DNA of 44,543 bases from an uncultured Clostridium sp. (GCA_900556455.1 USOV01000002.1:1-44543), one strand, 5' to 3'. Positions 27,234-40,228 are shown, numbered from the stretch's first letter. Notes: generated by a model from the sequence alone, not told the origin. A program made the numbers and translations.

Positions 27234-27263
27234 ATTATAACACTTTTTTGACTATTATGTCAA
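27234..27263 (-). promoter_or_regulatory. Sigma-A type promoter of the GC-rich mini-unit
   Basis: TTGACA, 18-nt spacer, TGTTATAAT (extended -10). Confidence 0.6.
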
Positions 27264-27267
27264 ATTT

Positions 27268-27301
27268 ATAAGGGATGTTCATTTGTAAGAACATCCCTTA
27301 T
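27268..27301 (-). terminator. Hairpin terminator after tsf
   Basis: AAGGGATGTTC-TTACAAAT-GAACATCCCTT. The T-run is weak. Confidence 0.55.
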
Positions 27302-27316
27302 TATTTCATATTTTTA

Positions 27317-28195
27317 TTATTTTAATTGATTTGCAACTTCTTCTGCAAAGTTTTCTTCTCTTTTTTGTAATCCTTCACCTTTTTCTATTCTTGCAAATCT
27401 TGTAACTGTTGTGTTGTTTTCTTTTAAGAATTGTTGTACTTTTTCATCTGGATTTTTAACGAAGTCTTGTTCTAATAAACAGATTTCTCCATAGAATTTT
27501 CCAATTCTTCCTTGAACTATTTTTTCAGCTATTGCTTCTGGTTTTCCTTCATTCATAGCTTGTGCTTTTAATATTTCCATTTCATGAGCTACTTGTTCAG
27601 CTGGAACTTCTTCTCTATTTAAGTATTCTGGTTTTGCAGCTGCTATTTGCATACATACGTCTTTTGCAACTGTTTCATCACCATTTGCACATTCAACTAA
27701 AACACCTATTTTTCCATCACCATGTGTATAGCTTACTAAAAATCCATCTGTTTCAAATCTTACAAATCTTCTTACAGACATATTTTCACCGATTGTTGCG
27801 ATTTTGTCTGTTAATATATCTTGCACAGTTTTTGTTTCATCAACTAATGCTTTTTGAGCTAATAATTCTTCAACATCTTTTGGATTGTTTAATGCAACTT
27901 GTTTTGCTGTATCTGCAACGAATTTTCTAAATTCATCATTTTTTGCAACAAAGTCTGTTTCTGCATTAACTTCTAGAACAACTCCTACTTTTTTATCATC
28001 AGATAAATAGCAATATACTAAACCTTCTGCTGCAATTCTATCTGATTTTTTTGCTGCTTTTGTTATTCCTCTTTCTCTTAATAACTCTGCTGCTCTTTCC
28101 ATATCTCCATCTGTTTCTGTTAAAACTTTTTTGCAGTCCATCATTCCTGCACCTGTTTTTTCTCTTAATTCTTTAACTAGTGATGCTGATATCAT
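27317..28195 (-). CDS. tsf: Elongation factor Ts
   Basis: MISASLVKELREKTGAGMMDCKKVL. Start set at the ATG with an AAGGAGG RBS. Confidence 0.95.
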   Translation of the reverse strand: MISASLVKELREKTGAGMMDCKKVLTETDGDMERAAELLRERGITKAAKKSDRIAAEGLVYCYLSDDKKVGVVLEVNAETDFVAKNDEFRKFVADTAKQVALNNPKDVEELLAQKALVDETKTVQDILTDKIATIGENMSVRRFVRFETDGFLVSYTHGDGKIGVLVECANGDETVAKDVCMQIAAAKPEYLNREEVPAEQVAHEMEILKAQAMNEGKPEAIAEKIVQGRIGKFYGEICLLEQDFVKNPDEKVQQFLKENNTTVTRFARIEKGEGLQKREENFAEEVANQLK

Positions 28196-28255
28196 AAAAT
28201 CTACCTCCTTATATTTTTTCAGGGTGGGCAAAAGTCGCCCGCCCCTACATTTTTC

Positions 28256-29032
28256 TTATTCTGCTGTTTCTTCGTTTGCTACAACTTGTTCAATATCTTT
28301 TACTTCTTCAGTTGTATCTTGTTCCATTGCTGGAGCTGTTTCTACCATTTCACCTTGTCTTCCTTCTATAACTGCATTTGCCATTACATCTGTAATTAAT
28401 TTTACAGCTCTAATTGCATCGTCATTTCCTGGAATTGGGTAATCTACATCTTCAGGACTGCAGTTTGTATCTACTAATCCTACGATTGGAATATTTAATT
28501 TTTTAGCTTCTAATACAGCAATTCTTTCATTTTTAGGATCAACTACAAACATTGCTCCTGGTAATCTTGTCATGTTTTTAATTCCACCAAGATTTTTTTC
28601 TAGTTTTTCCATTTCATTTTTTAATGCTGCAACTTCTTTTTTAGGTAAAACATCAAATGTTCCATCTTCTTGCATTTCTTCTAATTTGTTTAATCTTTCA
28701 ATTCTTTTTCTAATTGTTTTAAAGTTTGTAAGCATTCCACCTAACCATCTTTGGTCTACATAGAACATGTTAGATTTTTCTGCTGCTTCTTTAATACATT
28801 CTTGTGCTTGTTTTTTTGTTCCTACAAAAAGAATGTCTTTTCCTTCCTCAGATACTTCTTTGATAAAGTTATAAGCTTCATCAATTTTTTTAGATGTCTT
28901 TTGTAAATCGATAATATGGATACCGTTTCTAGCTTGATAAATATATTCAGCCATTGTTGGGTCCCATCTTTTTGTTTGGTGTCCGAAATGTACACCTGCT
29001 TCCAATAATTGTTTCATTGCAACTACTGCCAT
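28256..29032 (-). CDS. rpsB: 30S ribosomal protein S2
   Basis: [25 protein letters not shown]. Start trimmed from the longer tracked ORF. Confidence 0.95.
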   Translation of the reverse strand: MAVVAMKQLLEAGVHFGHQTKRWDPTMAEYIYQARNGIHIIDLQKTSKKIDEAYNFIKEVSEEGKDILFVGTKKQAQECIKEAAEKSNMFYVDQRWLGGMLTNFKTIRKRIERLNKLEEMQEDGTFDVLPKKEVAALKNEMEKLEKNLGGIKNMTRLPGAMFVVDPKNERIAVLEAKKLNIPIVGLVDTNCSPEDVDYPIPGNDDAIRAVKLITDVMANAVIEGRQGEMVETAPAMEQDTTEEVKDIEQVVANEETAE

Positions 29033-29153
29033 TTTAAAATTCCTCCCTTTTTGTTTTTCCTCCGTAAAGTATTTATAACATTTAAGAACACTTTTAGAAT
29101 TTAAAAGCACAATCTTAAACTCTTACTTTACGTGCGTATTTTTCAACTTAAGT

Positions 29154-29183
29154 ATTATACCAGCATTTGTGGTAGTTTGTCAA
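29154..29183 (-). promoter_or_regulatory. Sigma-A type promoter of rpsB-tsf
   Basis: TTGACA, 18-nt spacer, TGGTATAAT, followed by a leader of about 110 nt. Confidence 0.6.
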
Positions 29184-29251
29184 CCTATTTATTTCATTTT
29201 TGAAATTTTGTTATTCTAATTGTTATATTACAATGATTCGAAACAAAGAAT

Positions 29252-29277
29252 ATAAAAAATGCTCCCGTTAGGGAGCG
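29252..29277 (-). terminator. Terminator after eno
   Basis: GCTCCC-TAAC-GGGAGC followed by ATTTTTTAT. Confidence 0.8.
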
Positions 29278-29358
29278 TTACTTGGTAATTATTATTGCGG
29301 GTCGCCGTGGGCGGCGCCCCCCTACATCTTATTTTTTATATTCAAAAAGACCTATGCT

Positions 29359-30666
<1,308 letters not shown>

Positions 30667-30755
30667 TCATCCTTTCTTTTTTTAGATAGCTTCATTTTTA
30701 TGGAGCACACTGTGCTCCGCTACAATTTTTATAGATTACTTAACACTATCCTTTT

Positions 30756-32276
30756 TTATATTAAGCTTTCTCCTGTCATTTCTTCTGGTTTTTCTATTCC
30801 CATAATCTTAAGCATTGTTGGTGCAAGGTCTGCCAATCTTCCTGGTCTTAATTTAGCATCCATTCCTACTAATACTAATGGTACTGGATTTGTTGTGTGT
30901 GCTGTATGTGGTTCTCCTGTTTTATAATCTATCATTTGTTCTGAGTTTCCATGGTCTGCTGTAATTAATAAAACTCCTCCTACTTCTTCAATTGCTTCTA
31001 CTACTCTTCCTACACATTCATCTACTGCTTCAACAGCTTTTACTGCTGCATTTAAATTTCCAGTATGTCCTACCATGTCTGAGTTTGCATAGTTTAATAT
31101 TATAGTATCATATTTTTGTCCTTTTATTGCTTCAACAACTTTATCTGTAACTTCATATGCACTCATTTCTGGTTGCATATCATATGTTTCTACTTTTGGA
31201 GATGGAATTAATATTCTTTCTTCTCCTTTATATTGTTTTTCTTCTCCTCCATTAAAGAAGAATGTTACATGTGCATATTTTTCTGTTTCTGCTATTCTAA
31301 GTTGTGTTAAATTATGTTTGCTTACAACTTCTCCAAATGTATTTTTCAATTCATCTTTTTTAAATGCAATTTGAACATTTGGAATTGTGTCATCATAATT
31401 TGTAAAGCATACATAAAATAAGTTTAATTTCTTTGTTTCAAAAGCATCAAAATTTTCATCTACTAATGCTCTTGTAATCTCCCTTGCTCTATCTGGTCTG
31501 AAATTAAAGAATATTACAGAATCTTTTTCACCTATTGTTGCAATTGGTTCATCTCCATTGCAAATTAATGTTGGTAATACAAATTCGTCAAAAATTTCTT
31601 TTTGGTATGAATCTTCTATTGCCATTTGAGCTGTTGCTGCTTTTTCTCCTATACCATTTACAAGAGCATCATAAGCTTTTTGTACCCTTGCCCAACGTTT
31701 ATCTCTATCCATTGCATAAAATCTTCCTGTAATACTTGCAATTTTTCCTACACCCTTTTCTGCCATTTTTTTCTCTAATTGTGTAATATAATTTTCTGCA
31801 GATGCAGGTGGTGTATCACGTCCATCTAGGAAGCAATGTACATATACATCTTCAAAATCTTTTCTTTTTGCAAGTTCTAATATTGCATATAAATGTCTTA
31901 TATGACTATGCACTCCTCCATCAGAAAGTAATCCCATTATATGTAATTTTGTTTTATTTTTCTTACAATTATCAATTGCTTGTACAAGTTCTGGTATACT
32001 AAAGAAATCTCCATCTTCTATTGATTTTGTTATCCTAGTTAATTCTTGATATACTATTCTTCCTGCTCCAATATTTGTGTGCCCTACTTCTGAATTTCCC
32101 ATTTGTCCTTCTGGTAACCCAACATCTAATCCACTAGTTTTTATAATAGTATTTGGGTTTTGTTTCATTAGTTTATCCATTACTGGTGTATTTGCAATTG
32201 CTATTGCATTTCCTTTTTTATTTTCGTTTATACCGTATCCGTCTAATATCATTAACATTGTTAATTTTTTACTCAT
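30756..32276 (-). CDS. gpmI: 2,3-bisphosphoglycerate-independent phosphoglycerate mutase
   Basis: MSKKLTMLMILDGYGI..., GNSEVGHTNIGAGR, ADHGN. Confidence 0.95.
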   Translation of the reverse strand: MSKKLTMLMILDGYGINENKKGNAIAIANTPVMDKLMKQNPNTIIKTSGLDVGLPEGQMGNSEVGHTNIGAGRIVYQELTRITKSIEDGDFFSIPELVQAIDNCKKNKTKLHIMGLLSDGGVHSHIRHLYAILELAKRKDFEDVYVHCFLDGRDTPPASAENYITQLEKKMAEKGVGKIASITGRFYAMDRDKRWARVQKAYDALVNGIGEKAATAQMAIEDSYQKEIFDEFVLPTLICNGDEPIATIGEKDSVIFFNFRPDRAREITRALVDENFDAFETKKLNLFYVCFTNYDDTIPNVQIAFKKDELKNTFGEVVSKHNLTQLRIAETEKYAHVTFFFNGGEEKQYKGEERILIPSPKVETYDMQPEMSAYEVTDKVVEAIKGQKYDTIILNYANSDMVGHTGNLNAAVKAVEAVDECVGRVVEAIEEVGGVLLITADHGNSEQMIDYKTGEPHTAHTTNPVPLVLVGMDAKLRPGRLADLAPTMLKIMGIEKPEEMTGESLI

Positions 32277-32309
32277 ATATATAGGTCTCCTCATCTTCCT
32301 TTAGTAAAT

Positions 32310-33062
32310 TTATTTATTATAATTTACGATTTTTGAAAATTCTTGTGCATCTAGACTTGCTCCTCCAATTAGTCCTCCATCTATATCACTCATTTCAAAT
32401 AAATCTTTTGCATTTGTTGATTTTACACTTCCACCATATTGTATTATAACACTATCTGCTATATCTTTTCCATATAAATTTGTAACTTCTTCTCTAATCC
32501 ATTTTATTGTTTCATTTGCATCTTCTTTTGTAGCAGTTTTTCCTGTTCCAATTGCCCATATTGGTTCATATGCAATAATTACATTTTCGATTTTGTCTGA
32601 AATTAAACCTTCTAGGGCAAGTCCAACTTGTGTTGTAACAACATCTTTGGCTTTTCCACTTTCTCTTTGTTCAAGGTTTTCTCCAACACATACTATTGGT
32701 TTTAAACCTATATCTAATGCTTTTTTTAGTTTTTTATTTACAGTCTCATCTGTTTCATTAAAATACTGTCTTCTTTCAGAGTGTCCAATAATTACATATT
32801 CTACTCCTATTGATTTTAGCATTTCCCCAGATACTTCTCCTGTGTATGCTCCTTTTTCTTCAAAGTGCATATTTTGTGCTCCTATTTTTATGTTCGTGTC
32901 TTGTGTTGTAAGCAATGTATAGAATAAGTCCGTATATGGGACACATAGTATTACTTCATTTTGAGTGTCTTTTACAAGTGGTATAAGTTCTTCTATAAAT
33001 GCTATGGCTTCATTTGGTAGTTTATTCATTTTCCAGTTTCCCGCAATTATTTTTTTTCTCAT
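32310..33062 (-). CDS. tpiA: Triosephosphate isomerase
   Basis: IIAGNWKMN, IIGHSERR, AYEPIWAIGTG. Confidence 0.97.
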   Translation of the reverse strand: MRKKIIAGNWKMNKLPNEAIAFIEELIPLVKDTQNEVILCVPYTDLFYTLLTTQDTNIKIGAQNMHFEEKGAYTGEVSGEMLKSIGVEYVIIGHSERRQYFNETDETVNKKLKKALDIGLKPIVCVGENLEQRESGKAKDVVTTQVGLALEGLISDKIENVIIAYEPIWAIGTGKTATKEDANETIKWIREEVTNLYGKDIADSVIIQYGGSVKSTNAKDLFEMSDIDGGLIGGASLDAQEFSKIVNYNK

Positions 33063-33155
33063 AAACTATTCCTTTCTATTCTCAAAATGGAAAGTTAGAA
33101 GTGGAAAGTGTGTTTTATTAAAACTTCATTCACACTTCGTACTTCGCACCTCATC

Positions 33156-34343
33156 TTATTTGTTTTCTAAACAGTCTATTCCTGGAAGAATTTTTCCTTC
33201 TAAGAACTCTAGTGATGCTCCGCCACCTGTAGATATGTGTGTCATTTTTTCAGAATATCCACCTTTTTCTACTGCTGCTGCTGAGTCTCCTCCTCCTATT
33301 ATTGTTATAGCATCTATTTCTGATAGCACTTTTGCTATTGCGTTTGTTCCTTTTGCAAAGTTTTCAAATTCAAAAACTCCCAAAGGTCCATTCCACATAA
33401 CTGTTTTTGCTTTTTTCAATTCTTCTGTAAATAGTTTTACAGATTCTGGTCCAATGTCTAGCCCTTGCCATCCATCTGGTATTTCTTTTGAATTTACAAC
33501 TTTTATTTCTGTATCATTAGAAAATTCTTTTCCGCAAACAGTGTCTACTGGGAATAGTAATTTTACATTCTTTTCTTCTGCTTTTTTCATTGTTTCTTTT
33601 GCAAGGTCTAATCTATCTAATTCACAAATTGAATTTCCAACATTATACCCCATTGCTTTCAAAAATGTGTATGTCATTCCTCCACCAATTATTATGCTGT
33701 CTGCTTTTTCTATTAAGTTTTCTATTACTTTTATTTTGTCAGATACTTTTGCTCCACCTAATATTGCAACAAAAGGTCTTTCTGGATTATTTAAACTATC
33801 TCCTAACATTTGTACTTCTTTTTCTATTAAGAATCCACAAACAGCTGGTAAATAGTCTGCAACTCCAGCAGTTGAGCTATGTGCTCTATGAGCTGTTCCA
33901 AATGCATCATTTACATATATATCTGCAAGTGATGCTAATTCTTTTGAAAATTCTGCATCATTTGCTTCTTCTCGTGCGTCAAATCTAACATTCTCTAAAA
34001 GAATTGCCTCTCCTTCTTTTAGTTCACTTGCCAATCTTTTTGCATCTTCTCCAACAATGTCTTTTGCAAGTTTTACTTCAAATCCTAAATATTCAGATAG
34101 TCTTTTTGCAACAGGTGCTAGTGAAAGGTTTGGTTTTACTTCTCCTTTTGGTTTTCCTAAGTGAGAACAAAGTATAACCTTTGCCTTATGTTCTAATAAA
34201 TATTTTATTGTTGGCAATGCCCCAACTATTCTTAAGTCATTTGTAATTTCTCCTGTTTCTTTATCTAAAGGTACATTAAAATCACATCTGACTAGAACTT
34301 TTTTCCCTGTTACGTCTATGTCTCTAATTGTTTTTTTGTTCAT
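33156..34343 (-). CDS. pgk: Phosphoglycerate kinase
   Basis: [35 protein letters not shown]. Confidence 0.97.
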   Translation of the reverse strand: MNKKTIRDIDVTGKKVLVRCDFNVPLDKETGEITNDLRIVGALPTIKYLLEHKAKVILCSHLGKPKGEVKPNLSLAPVAKRLSEYLGFEVKLAKDIVGEDAKRLASELKEGEAILLENVRFDAREEANDAEFSKELASLADIYVNDAFGTAHRAHSSTAGVADYLPAVCGFLIEKEVQMLGDSLNNPERPFVAILGGAKVSDKIKVIENLIEKADSIIIGGGMTYTFLKAMGYNVGNSICELDRLDLAKETMKKAEEKNVKLLFPVDTVCGKEFSNDTEIKVVNSKEIPDGWQGLDIGPESVKLFTEELKKAKTVMWNGPLGVFEFENFAKGTNAIAKVLSEIDAITIIGGGDSAAAVEKGGYSEKMTHISTGGGASLEFLEGKILPGIDCLENK

Positions 34344-34356
34344 ATATACCTCCTTT

Positions 34357-35791
<1,435 letters not shown>

Positions 35792-35964
35792 GTTTACTCT
35801 CCTCCTATTTGAGATATCTTTTCTTTTGTTCTTACGATATCTTTTTTATTCTTTTATATTTATATACTAAATTTAGCTACAAATCAATTGCTTTTGTGTT
35901 ACATTTATATTACATTTTTGTTACATTTTTTTGGGTGCTTAGTTAGCACACAAACATGTATTAT

Positions 35965-36975
35965 TTAATTTTGTTCTTTGGTATCAGTTCCTGTGTATTG
36001 TGCGCAATATTCTTCATATTTTGTTTTTAAATCTTTATCAAAGAATTTTAGGTTTGCTTTTTCTCTCATTTGGATTAGAGCTTGGTAATATGTTGTATCA
36101 TCTACATCTAGTCCTTTTTCTTCTGCAAGTGCACCTACTATTGCCATTTTGTCTTTATGCGATATTTCTTTTGTTTTATCTTTTCTATCTATGCAATAGA
36201 TTACATGATATCCATAAGATGTTTGTACTGGTGTCTCAGTATATTTTCCTACTTCTAATTCCTTCATTGCATTAATATATGTTTCCTCAATACTATCAAA
36301 AGCTCCAATTTCTCCTAAATCTTCTGTAATTATATTATCTGGATAGTTTGTAGTATATTCTTCTGCAAGTGTATTAAACTCCTCTCCACCATTTAGTCTA
36401 GAAATTATGTCATTTGCTAATGCTAAAGCTTGAGCATCATCAATTGTATCTGAAGTTTTAACTAAAATATGTTTTGTATTTACTTTTCCAAATGCGTGTT
36501 CATCATAATATGTTTTTACTGCATCTTTTTCTAGTTTTGTTTCTAGATAATCATAGAAATATATTGTTCTCTTATAATCTACTGCTAAATATTCCATGAA
36601 ATCATCATAGCTTTCAAATCCATTTTCTTTTAAAAATGTTTCTTGTGTATATCCATATGCTTCATATTGTTTAATATATTTATCTGCCGTTTCTTTTATT
36701 TCATTTAATTCATCATCATTTAGTTTATATTTTTTGTTCAATATTTTTGCATCAACATCTTCTAGAACTAAGTTTATTGAATAGTAATTTTTCATTTCAT
36801 TATATAAGCTTCTTATTGTTATTGTTTTTCCATTAACTGTTGCTGCAAGTCCTCCATTTGTAAAGAACATTATTATAAGTCCTAAAGCCAAACCTATTAT
36901 TAAACTAATAATAATTTCCTTTTTTAATAATTTTTTAAAAACATTTTCTTTTTTGTTTTCTTCTTTTTCTTCCAT
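35965..36975 (-). CDS. PrsA-like parvulin peptidyl-prolyl isomerase (membrane-anchored foldase)
   Basis: N-terminal TM helix and PPIC rotamase core HILVKT...GEIGAFD...SYGYHVIYC. Confidence 0.8.
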   Translation of the reverse strand: MEEKEENKKENVFKKLLKKEIIISLIIGLALGLIIMFFTNGGLAATVNGKTITIRSLYNEMKNYYSINLVLEDVDAKILNKKYKLNDDELNEIKETADKYIKQYEAYGYTQETFLKENGFESYDDFMEYLAVDYKRTIYFYDYLETKLEKDAVKTYYDEHAFGKVNTKHILVKTSDTIDDAQALALANDIISRLNGGEEFNTLAEEYTTNYPDNIITEDLGEIGAFDSIEETYINAMKELEVGKYTETPVQTSYGYHVIYCIDRKDKTKEISHKDKMAIVGALAEEKGLDVDDTTYYQALIQMREKANLKFFDKDLKTKYEEYCAQYTGTDTKEQN

Positions 36976-37085
36976 TTTCGATTTCCTTTCTAAAATAAAT
37001 TTGGGATTAACCAGTAAATATATAATTTATAATTATTAAAAGAAGATTAAAAACATATATAATTTTTTCTTATATCTATAATCAG

Positions 37086-37607
37086 CTATATATTCATTTC
37101 AATGCATTTGTGGTTTTCTAGGCTTTGTTTTACATCTAAGATCCTTTGATTTGATGAACCTCTAAATTTTAGATTAGGGTCTTTTAGGTCTTGTTTAAAT
37201 TCTCCATCTACTAATACATCTATTTCATTTAAACAATCCATTGTGTCTGGGTCATGTCTTTCTACCAATTCATCTAAGGTGTATCCTGAATAGCACCACA
37301 CATTAAAATTCTTTTTTACTTTTTTTACATCTTTTATAAAATTACAAACTTCTTTTATATTCTCCCTACATAAAGGTTCGCCACCACTTATGGTAATTCC
37401 TTTTAAAATAGAATTGTTTTTTATTTTTTCTATAATTTCTTCCTTTTTGCAATCATTAAATTTGTTGCCATATTCGAAACTTTGTGCTTCTTTATTGTGG
37501 CAACCTGGACAGTGGTGTGGGCAACCACTTACAAAAAGCACTGCCCTCCATCCAAGTCCATTTGATATACTTTCATCGTAAAATCCTGCTACATTCATTT
37601 TATTCAT
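37086..37607 (-). CDS. nrdG: Anaerobic RNR activating protein, copy 2
   Basis: CPHHCPGCHN cluster, GITISGGEP. Confidence 0.9.
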   Translation of the reverse strand: MNKMNVAGFYDESISNGLGWRAVLFVSGCPHHCPGCHNKEAQSFEYGNKFNDCKKEEIIEKIKNNSILKGITISGGEPLCRENIKEVCNFIKDVKKVKKNFNVWCYSGYTLDELVERHDPDTMDCLNEIDVLVDGEFKQDLKDPNLKFRGSSNQRILDVKQSLENHKCIEMNI

Positions 37608-37613
37608 CTCTTT

Positions 37614-39896
37614 TTACATATTTTTCTCGTCATGTGTTACTCTATCGTGTAACTCTGCTAGTTTTCCTTTATTCCATCTAGATGTTGTTCCAACTAAATA
37701 TCCTGTTATTCTTTGTATTGTATCTATGTTATTGCTATGACAAACTGGACATTCTTTTAACTTGGCATCTGCATTTTCAAATCCACAGTCTAAGCATCTA
37801 CTTCTTGTATGGTTAATTGAACCATATCCCATATTATATTTATCCATTAAGTCTACTACTGCTTCAACAGATTCTGGGTTATGTGTTGCATCTCCATCTA
37901 ATTCAATGTAGAATATATGTCCTCCTAATGTTAATGCATGGTATGGGGCTTCTATTTTTGCTTTATGTTCTGCTGTACATTTATACCATACTGGAACATG
38001 GTTACTATTTGTATAGTATTCTTTATCTGTAACTCCAAGTATTGTTCCAAAATCCCTTTTATCCATTCTAGTAAATTTTCCAGATAATCCTTCTGCTGGT
38101 GTTGCAAGTAAAGAGTAATTTAAGTCATATCTTTCAGAATATCTGTCACAAGATTCTTTCATTCTTGTGATTATTTCAATTCCTAGTTTTTGAGATTTTT
38201 CACTTTCTGCATGATGTTTTCCAGTTAATACTGTTAAACATTCTGCTAATCCTATAAATCCTATTCCTAATGTTCCATGTTTTAATACTTCTTCTACTTT
38301 ATCTGTTGGTTTTAAGTTTTCACTGTCTTGCCATAATCCAGACATTAATAGTGGGAATTGTTTTGCAACTGCTGTACATTGGAATTTGTATCTGTCATAT
38401 AATTGTCTTGCAGCTACATCTGTGTATTGTTCTAGTTTATTTAAGAATATTTTTTTAACTTCTTTATTGTATTTTTCTGTCATAAATTCTTCGCTACCTT
38501 TTCCAAGGTCAAAGTTTATTCTTAAATTAGCTTGTGCTTCTTTTGCAGATTCTATTGCTATTCTTACTAAGTTTACTGTTGTAAATGATAAATTTCCTCT
38601 TCCAACAGATGTATCTTCTCCATGTCTATTTGTAAATACTCTTGTTCTGCATCCCATTGTAGCTACTTCATAATAATATCTATTTGGGTCTTCTGCATTC
38701 CACTTTGGATGTGTATTAAATGTTGCATCTAGATTTAAGAAGTTTGGGAAAAATCTTTTTGCTGTTACTCTGCATGCAAGTTTATACAAGTCATAGTTTT
38801 TATCTTCTGGTAAATAGTTAACTCCTCTTTTCTTTTTCCAAATTTGTATTGGGAATATAGGTGTTTCTCCATTTCCAACTCCTCTTTCAGTAGATAGTAA
38901 CATTTCTCTTATTATGCATCTGCCTTCTGCAGAAGTATCTGTTCCATAGTTTATTGAACTGAATACTACTTGGTTTCCTCCTCTTGAGTGTATTGTGTTC
39001 ATATTGTGTATAAATGCTTCCATTGATTGGTGAACTCTATTTACAGTATTGTTTATTGCAAGTTGAACATATTTTTCTTCACCTTTTAGGTCTTTTGTTT
39101 CTTTCTTTATATAATCTTTTACTTCATAATTATATAATTTTGACAAATCCATATCTAAAACTTCTTCAAGTTTTTTAACTTCTTCTACAAATGTGGCTTT
39201 TACATATGGTGCTAAGTAAAAGTCAAATGCTGGTATTGCTTGTCCGCCATGCATTTCGTTTTGTACTGTTTCTAGAGAAATACATGCTATAATACTTGCT
39301 GTTTCTATTCTTTTTGCAGGTCTTGAACTTCCATGTCCAGCTCTAAATCCATTTTTTAATATTTTGTCTAGAGGGTGTTGAATGCATGTTAAACTCTTTG
39401 TTGGATAGTAGTCTTTATCATGTACATGTATATATCCTCCATTTACAGCATTTCTTGCTTCTGTTGATAATAAAAAGTCATCAACAAATGGTTTTGTTGT
39501 TTCACTTGCGAATTTCATCATCATTCCTGCTGGTGTATCTGCATTCATATTTGCATTTTCACGTGTTACATCATTAGATTTTGTTTCTATAATTTCTAAG
39601 AACATATCTTTTGTTTTTGATTTTCTTGCTACATCTCTGTTATATCTATATGTAATATATTCTTGTGCAACTTCTTTTCTTGATGAGCCCATTAACTTTT
39701 TCTCTACTAAATCTTGAATTTCATAAACAGATACTTGAACTTTATCTTTTAATTGGTTTTTTACACTATCTGTTATTTTTGTAGCTAAATCTATATCTAC
39801 ACCTCCTGTTGTGTGTGACATAGCCAATGTTATAGCTTTGATAATCCTCTCTTCGTTAAATTCTGTTACTCTTCCATCTCTTTTAATAACTTGCAT
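37614..39896 (-). CDS. nrdD: Anaerobic ribonucleoside-triphosphate reductase (class III), copy 2
   Basis: 760 aa with an ATP-cone, Zn-ribbon CLDCGF...CPVCHS and glycyl-radical motif QRITGYLVGT. It is a diverged paralog of 22706..25063. Confidence 0.95.
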   Translation of the reverse strand: MQVIKRDGRVTEFNEERIIKAITLAMSHTTGGVDIDLATKITDSVKNQLKDKVQVSVYEIQDLVEKKLMGSSRKEVAQEYITYRYNRDVARKSKTKDMFLEIIETKSNDVTRENANMNADTPAGMMMKFASETTKPFVDDFLLSTEARNAVNGGYIHVHDKDYYPTKSLTCIQHPLDKILKNGFRAGHGSSRPAKRIETASIIACISLETVQNEMHGGQAIPAFDFYLAPYVKATFVEEVKKLEEVLDMDLSKLYNYEVKDYIKKETKDLKGEEKYVQLAINNTVNRVHQSMEAFIHNMNTIHSRGGNQVVFSSINYGTDTSAEGRCIIREMLLSTERGVGNGETPIFPIQIWKKKRGVNYLPEDKNYDLYKLACRVTAKRFFPNFLNLDATFNTHPKWNAEDPNRYYYEVATMGCRTRVFTNRHGEDTSVGRGNLSFTTVNLVRIAIESAKEAQANLRINFDLGKGSEEFMTEKYNKEVKKIFLNKLEQYTDVAARQLYDRYKFQCTAVAKQFPLLMSGLWQDSENLKPTDKVEEVLKHGTLGIGFIGLAECLTVLTGKHHAESEKSQKLGIEIITRMKESCDRYSERYDLNYSLLATPAEGLSGKFTRMDKRDFGTILGVTDKEYYTNSNHVPVWYKCTAEHKAKIEAPYHALTLGGHIFYIELDGDATHNPESVEAVVDLMDKYNMGYGSINHTRSRCLDCGFENADAKLKECPVCHSNNIDTIQRITGYLVGTTSRWNKGKLAELHDRVTHDEKNM

Positions 39897-40150
39897 TTTA
39901 AAATCCCCCTTATCGTTTCTTTTTCTTATTATTTCATTAGTTCTTTGTCGAAAGCCTTGCTTTGTAAGTTGTTCCGTTTTTTGTCATTTTTTAAAAAATC
40001 ATTTTTTGTATTTTTTAATTTCTTTATTATTTTTCTTATTTTGCGTTTCCCCCGTTTTTTCTTACAATCACCTGGCTTTCACATGTTTTGATTCCTTTTT
40101 TGCCTTTTTGGTTTCTTAGGATTTTTTAGATTTTCTCCGAAATCAAATTT

Positions 40151-40179
40151 ATTTTATACGAAGATTTTTATATTGTCAA
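40151..40179 (-). promoter_or_regulatory. Sigma-A type promoter of nrdD-nrdG copy 2
   Basis: TTGACA, 17-nt spacer, TAAAAT. Followed by an A-rich leader of about 250 nt. Confidence 0.55.
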
Positions 40180-40190
40180 TACGAAAGTAG

Positions 40191-40217
40191 AAAATGTAAT
40201 ATTACATTTTTGTTACA
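40191..40217. promoter_or_regulatory. Candidate operator: 20-bp perfect palindrome AAAATGTAATATTACATTTT plus TGTTACA
   Basis: The palindrome is read directly from the sequence. The 19-mer ATATTACATTTTTGTTACA is identical at 35907..35925. Confidence 0.5.
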
Positions 40218-40228
40218 AAAAAATTGCC

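Noticed and set aside
33063-33155. A possible regulatory hairpin in the pgk-tpiA spacer (AAGTGTG...CACACTT).
   Set aside because: The stem is short and imperfect, the loop is large and no T-run follows. It cannot be told apart from chance in this composition.
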